From positions 9,473 through 73,472 of the forward strand of contig CAIRWM010000055.1 of the NCBI GenBank assembly GCA_903882285.1: a stretch of 64,000 nt of DNA. Reading direction: 5' to 3'. A model generated the notes under the pieces. That model made no database searches and had not been told where the DNA came from. It saw only the letters and a program-made list of their open reading frames with translations. The position numbers and the translations under genes were made by a program. This document shows, one piece after another, positions 62,749 through 64,000 of the stretch (the first letter of the stretch is position 1; every line of letters begins with the position of its first letter). The DNA comes from an uncultured cyanobacterium. Lineage in GTDB: Bacteria > Cyanobacteriota > Cyanobacteriia > PCC-6307 > Cyanobiaceae.

Positions 62749-63543
62749 TCAGCGGCAGGTCCAGCCGCCATCTACCGGCAGCACCACTCCGGTCACGAAA
62801 CTGGTAGCCGGAGCGGCCAGGAACAACAGGGCGGTGTCCAGTTCCTCCAGGCGGCCGAAGCGCCCCATCGCATAGCGGCGCAGCAGCTTGGGACCGATCA
62901 CCGGATCCTCCAGCAGGTGGGCGGTCATCTCGGTGGGGAAGTGGGCGGGGGCCAGGGCGTTGACGCTGATGCCGTGGGGCGCCCACTCGCCGGCCTGGCT
63001 GCGCATCAGACCCACCAGCGCATGCTTGCTGGCCACATAGGGGGCCAGGGGGCCCGTTTCCTCCCCGGCCAGGCCGAAGATCGAGGCCACATAGATCACC
63101 CGCCCCACCCCGGAGGCGCGCAGCGGCTCGAACAGGGCGGAGGCCAGGCTCGCCTGGCTGCTGACATTGAGATGCAGCACCCGCTCGAACAGCGGCGGGT
63201 CGAACTGCCGCACCCCACCACGGCCGGGCATCCCCGCCGCGCCTACCAGCACATCGCAGCCACCCAGGCACTCCACGGCGCGCCGGGCCACGGCGGCGGG
63301 GGCAGCGGGCTCCGCCAGATCGGCCACCTCGGCCAGCAAGCGCGGCGCCAGCTCAGGATGGCGATCGCGGATCTCCTGCAGGCGCTCCGCCCGGCGAGCC
63401 ACCATCACCACCCGGGCACCCGCCCTTGCCAGCACCAGCGCCAGTCGCTCGCCGATGCCGCTGGAGGCCCCCGTGACCACGGCCCGGCGCCCGTCGAGAT
63501 CAAACAGCTCGCGCGGGGAACGGAGCGGGGCCTCGGTCGTCAT
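62749..63543 (-). CDS. Short-chain dehydrogenase/reductase
   Basis: VTGASSGIG, YVASKHA (YxxxK), VNALAP and TG.VLPVDGG motifs. Confidence 0.9.
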   Translation of the reverse strand: MTTEAPLRSPRELFDLDGRRAVVTGASSGIGERLALVLARAGARVVMVARRAERLQEIRDRHPELAPRLLAEVADLAEPAAPAAVARRAVECLGGCDVLVGAAGMPGRGGVRQFDPPLFERVLHLNVSSQASLASALFEPLRASGVGRVIYVASIFGLAGEETGPLAPYVASKHALVGLMRSQAGEWAPHGISVNALAPAHFPTEMTAHLLEDPVIGPKLLRRYAMGRFGRLEELDTALLFLAAPATSFVTGVVLPVDGGWTCR

Positions 63544-63815
63544 GACAGCGCCGCGCCGCCCCGACGCCGTTCGGCCAGCAGGGTGGTGACCATCAGCCGC
63601 AGGGTGAGGCGATTGCCTCCGACCGCTCGCCAGCGGTCGAGCCACTGAATCAAAGGGGCCGGAGTGGCCTCAGCGGCCAGGCCAAGCCGGGCCAAAAAGG
63701 CGCTGGCATCATCGAGACAGGAGTCGCCCTCGCCAAAGCCATCGAGCAGCGGATCGAGGGCCGCATGCAGGGTTTCCAGCTCGGCGGTACTCAGTTCGGG
63801 CAGAGGTTCGACCAT
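63540..63815 (-). CDS. Hypothetical protein coupled to the SDR gene
   Basis: Its stop overlaps the SDR ATG (ATGA). Helical composition. Confidence 0.55.
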   Translation of the reverse strand: MVEPLPELSTAELETLHAALDPLLDGFGEGDSCLDDASAFLARLGLAAEATPAPLIQWLDRWRAVGGNRLTLRLMVTTLLAERRRGGAALS

Positions 63816-64000
63816 GCCCCCAGCATCGCGCGCCGCTCCTAAGGTCAACATTGACGGCATCTTGACCCACCCGCCGCCCGTGCTCAAGCTCTGCCTGCAG
63901 GGGCTGGTCTGCCTCACCATCGGCCTGCGTGCCCTGGCCTTGTTCGGCGCCCTGCGCCGCGCCTGGCGCAGTCCAGGTCTGCTGACGACAGCAGCAGCTG

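Overview
High-GC (roughly 65-70%, judged by eye) chromosomal window from a Cyanobium/Synechococcus-type picocyanobacterium. It is mostly core genes: fbaA, thrC-like plus moaD-like, ftsH, rpmF, recJ, psb30, ubiX, acsF, tldD/pmbA, fmt, gap, mfd, ctpA, ispG, rsmE, hslO, prfC, nrdJ and cax. The most striking element is missed by the ORF track and lies at 178-507. An NtcA-type box overlaps a -10 element and is followed by a glnA-class glutamine riboswitch, a strong Shine-Dalgarno, an unannotated 37-aa Ala/Gln/Arg-rich ORF and an intrinsic terminator, the same regulatory logic as GS-inactivating-factor genes. A variable islet follows tRNA-Ser(TGA) at 58298. It carries an exported Mn-SOD, a small membrane protein, an exported phytochelatin synthase, a Cys-rich ArsR regulator and two decaying pseudogenes (a SAM methyltransferase and a PliI lysozyme inhibitor). 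Also notable are a probably catalytically dead RNase R paralog, a cbbY-ycf20-glycerate kinase-like operon, an orphan MASE1-CHASE kinase, and a cluster of small or secreted proteins with HExxH motifs. No CRISPR array, transposase, integrase or rRNA was seen. All family calls come from remembered motifs, not database searches.
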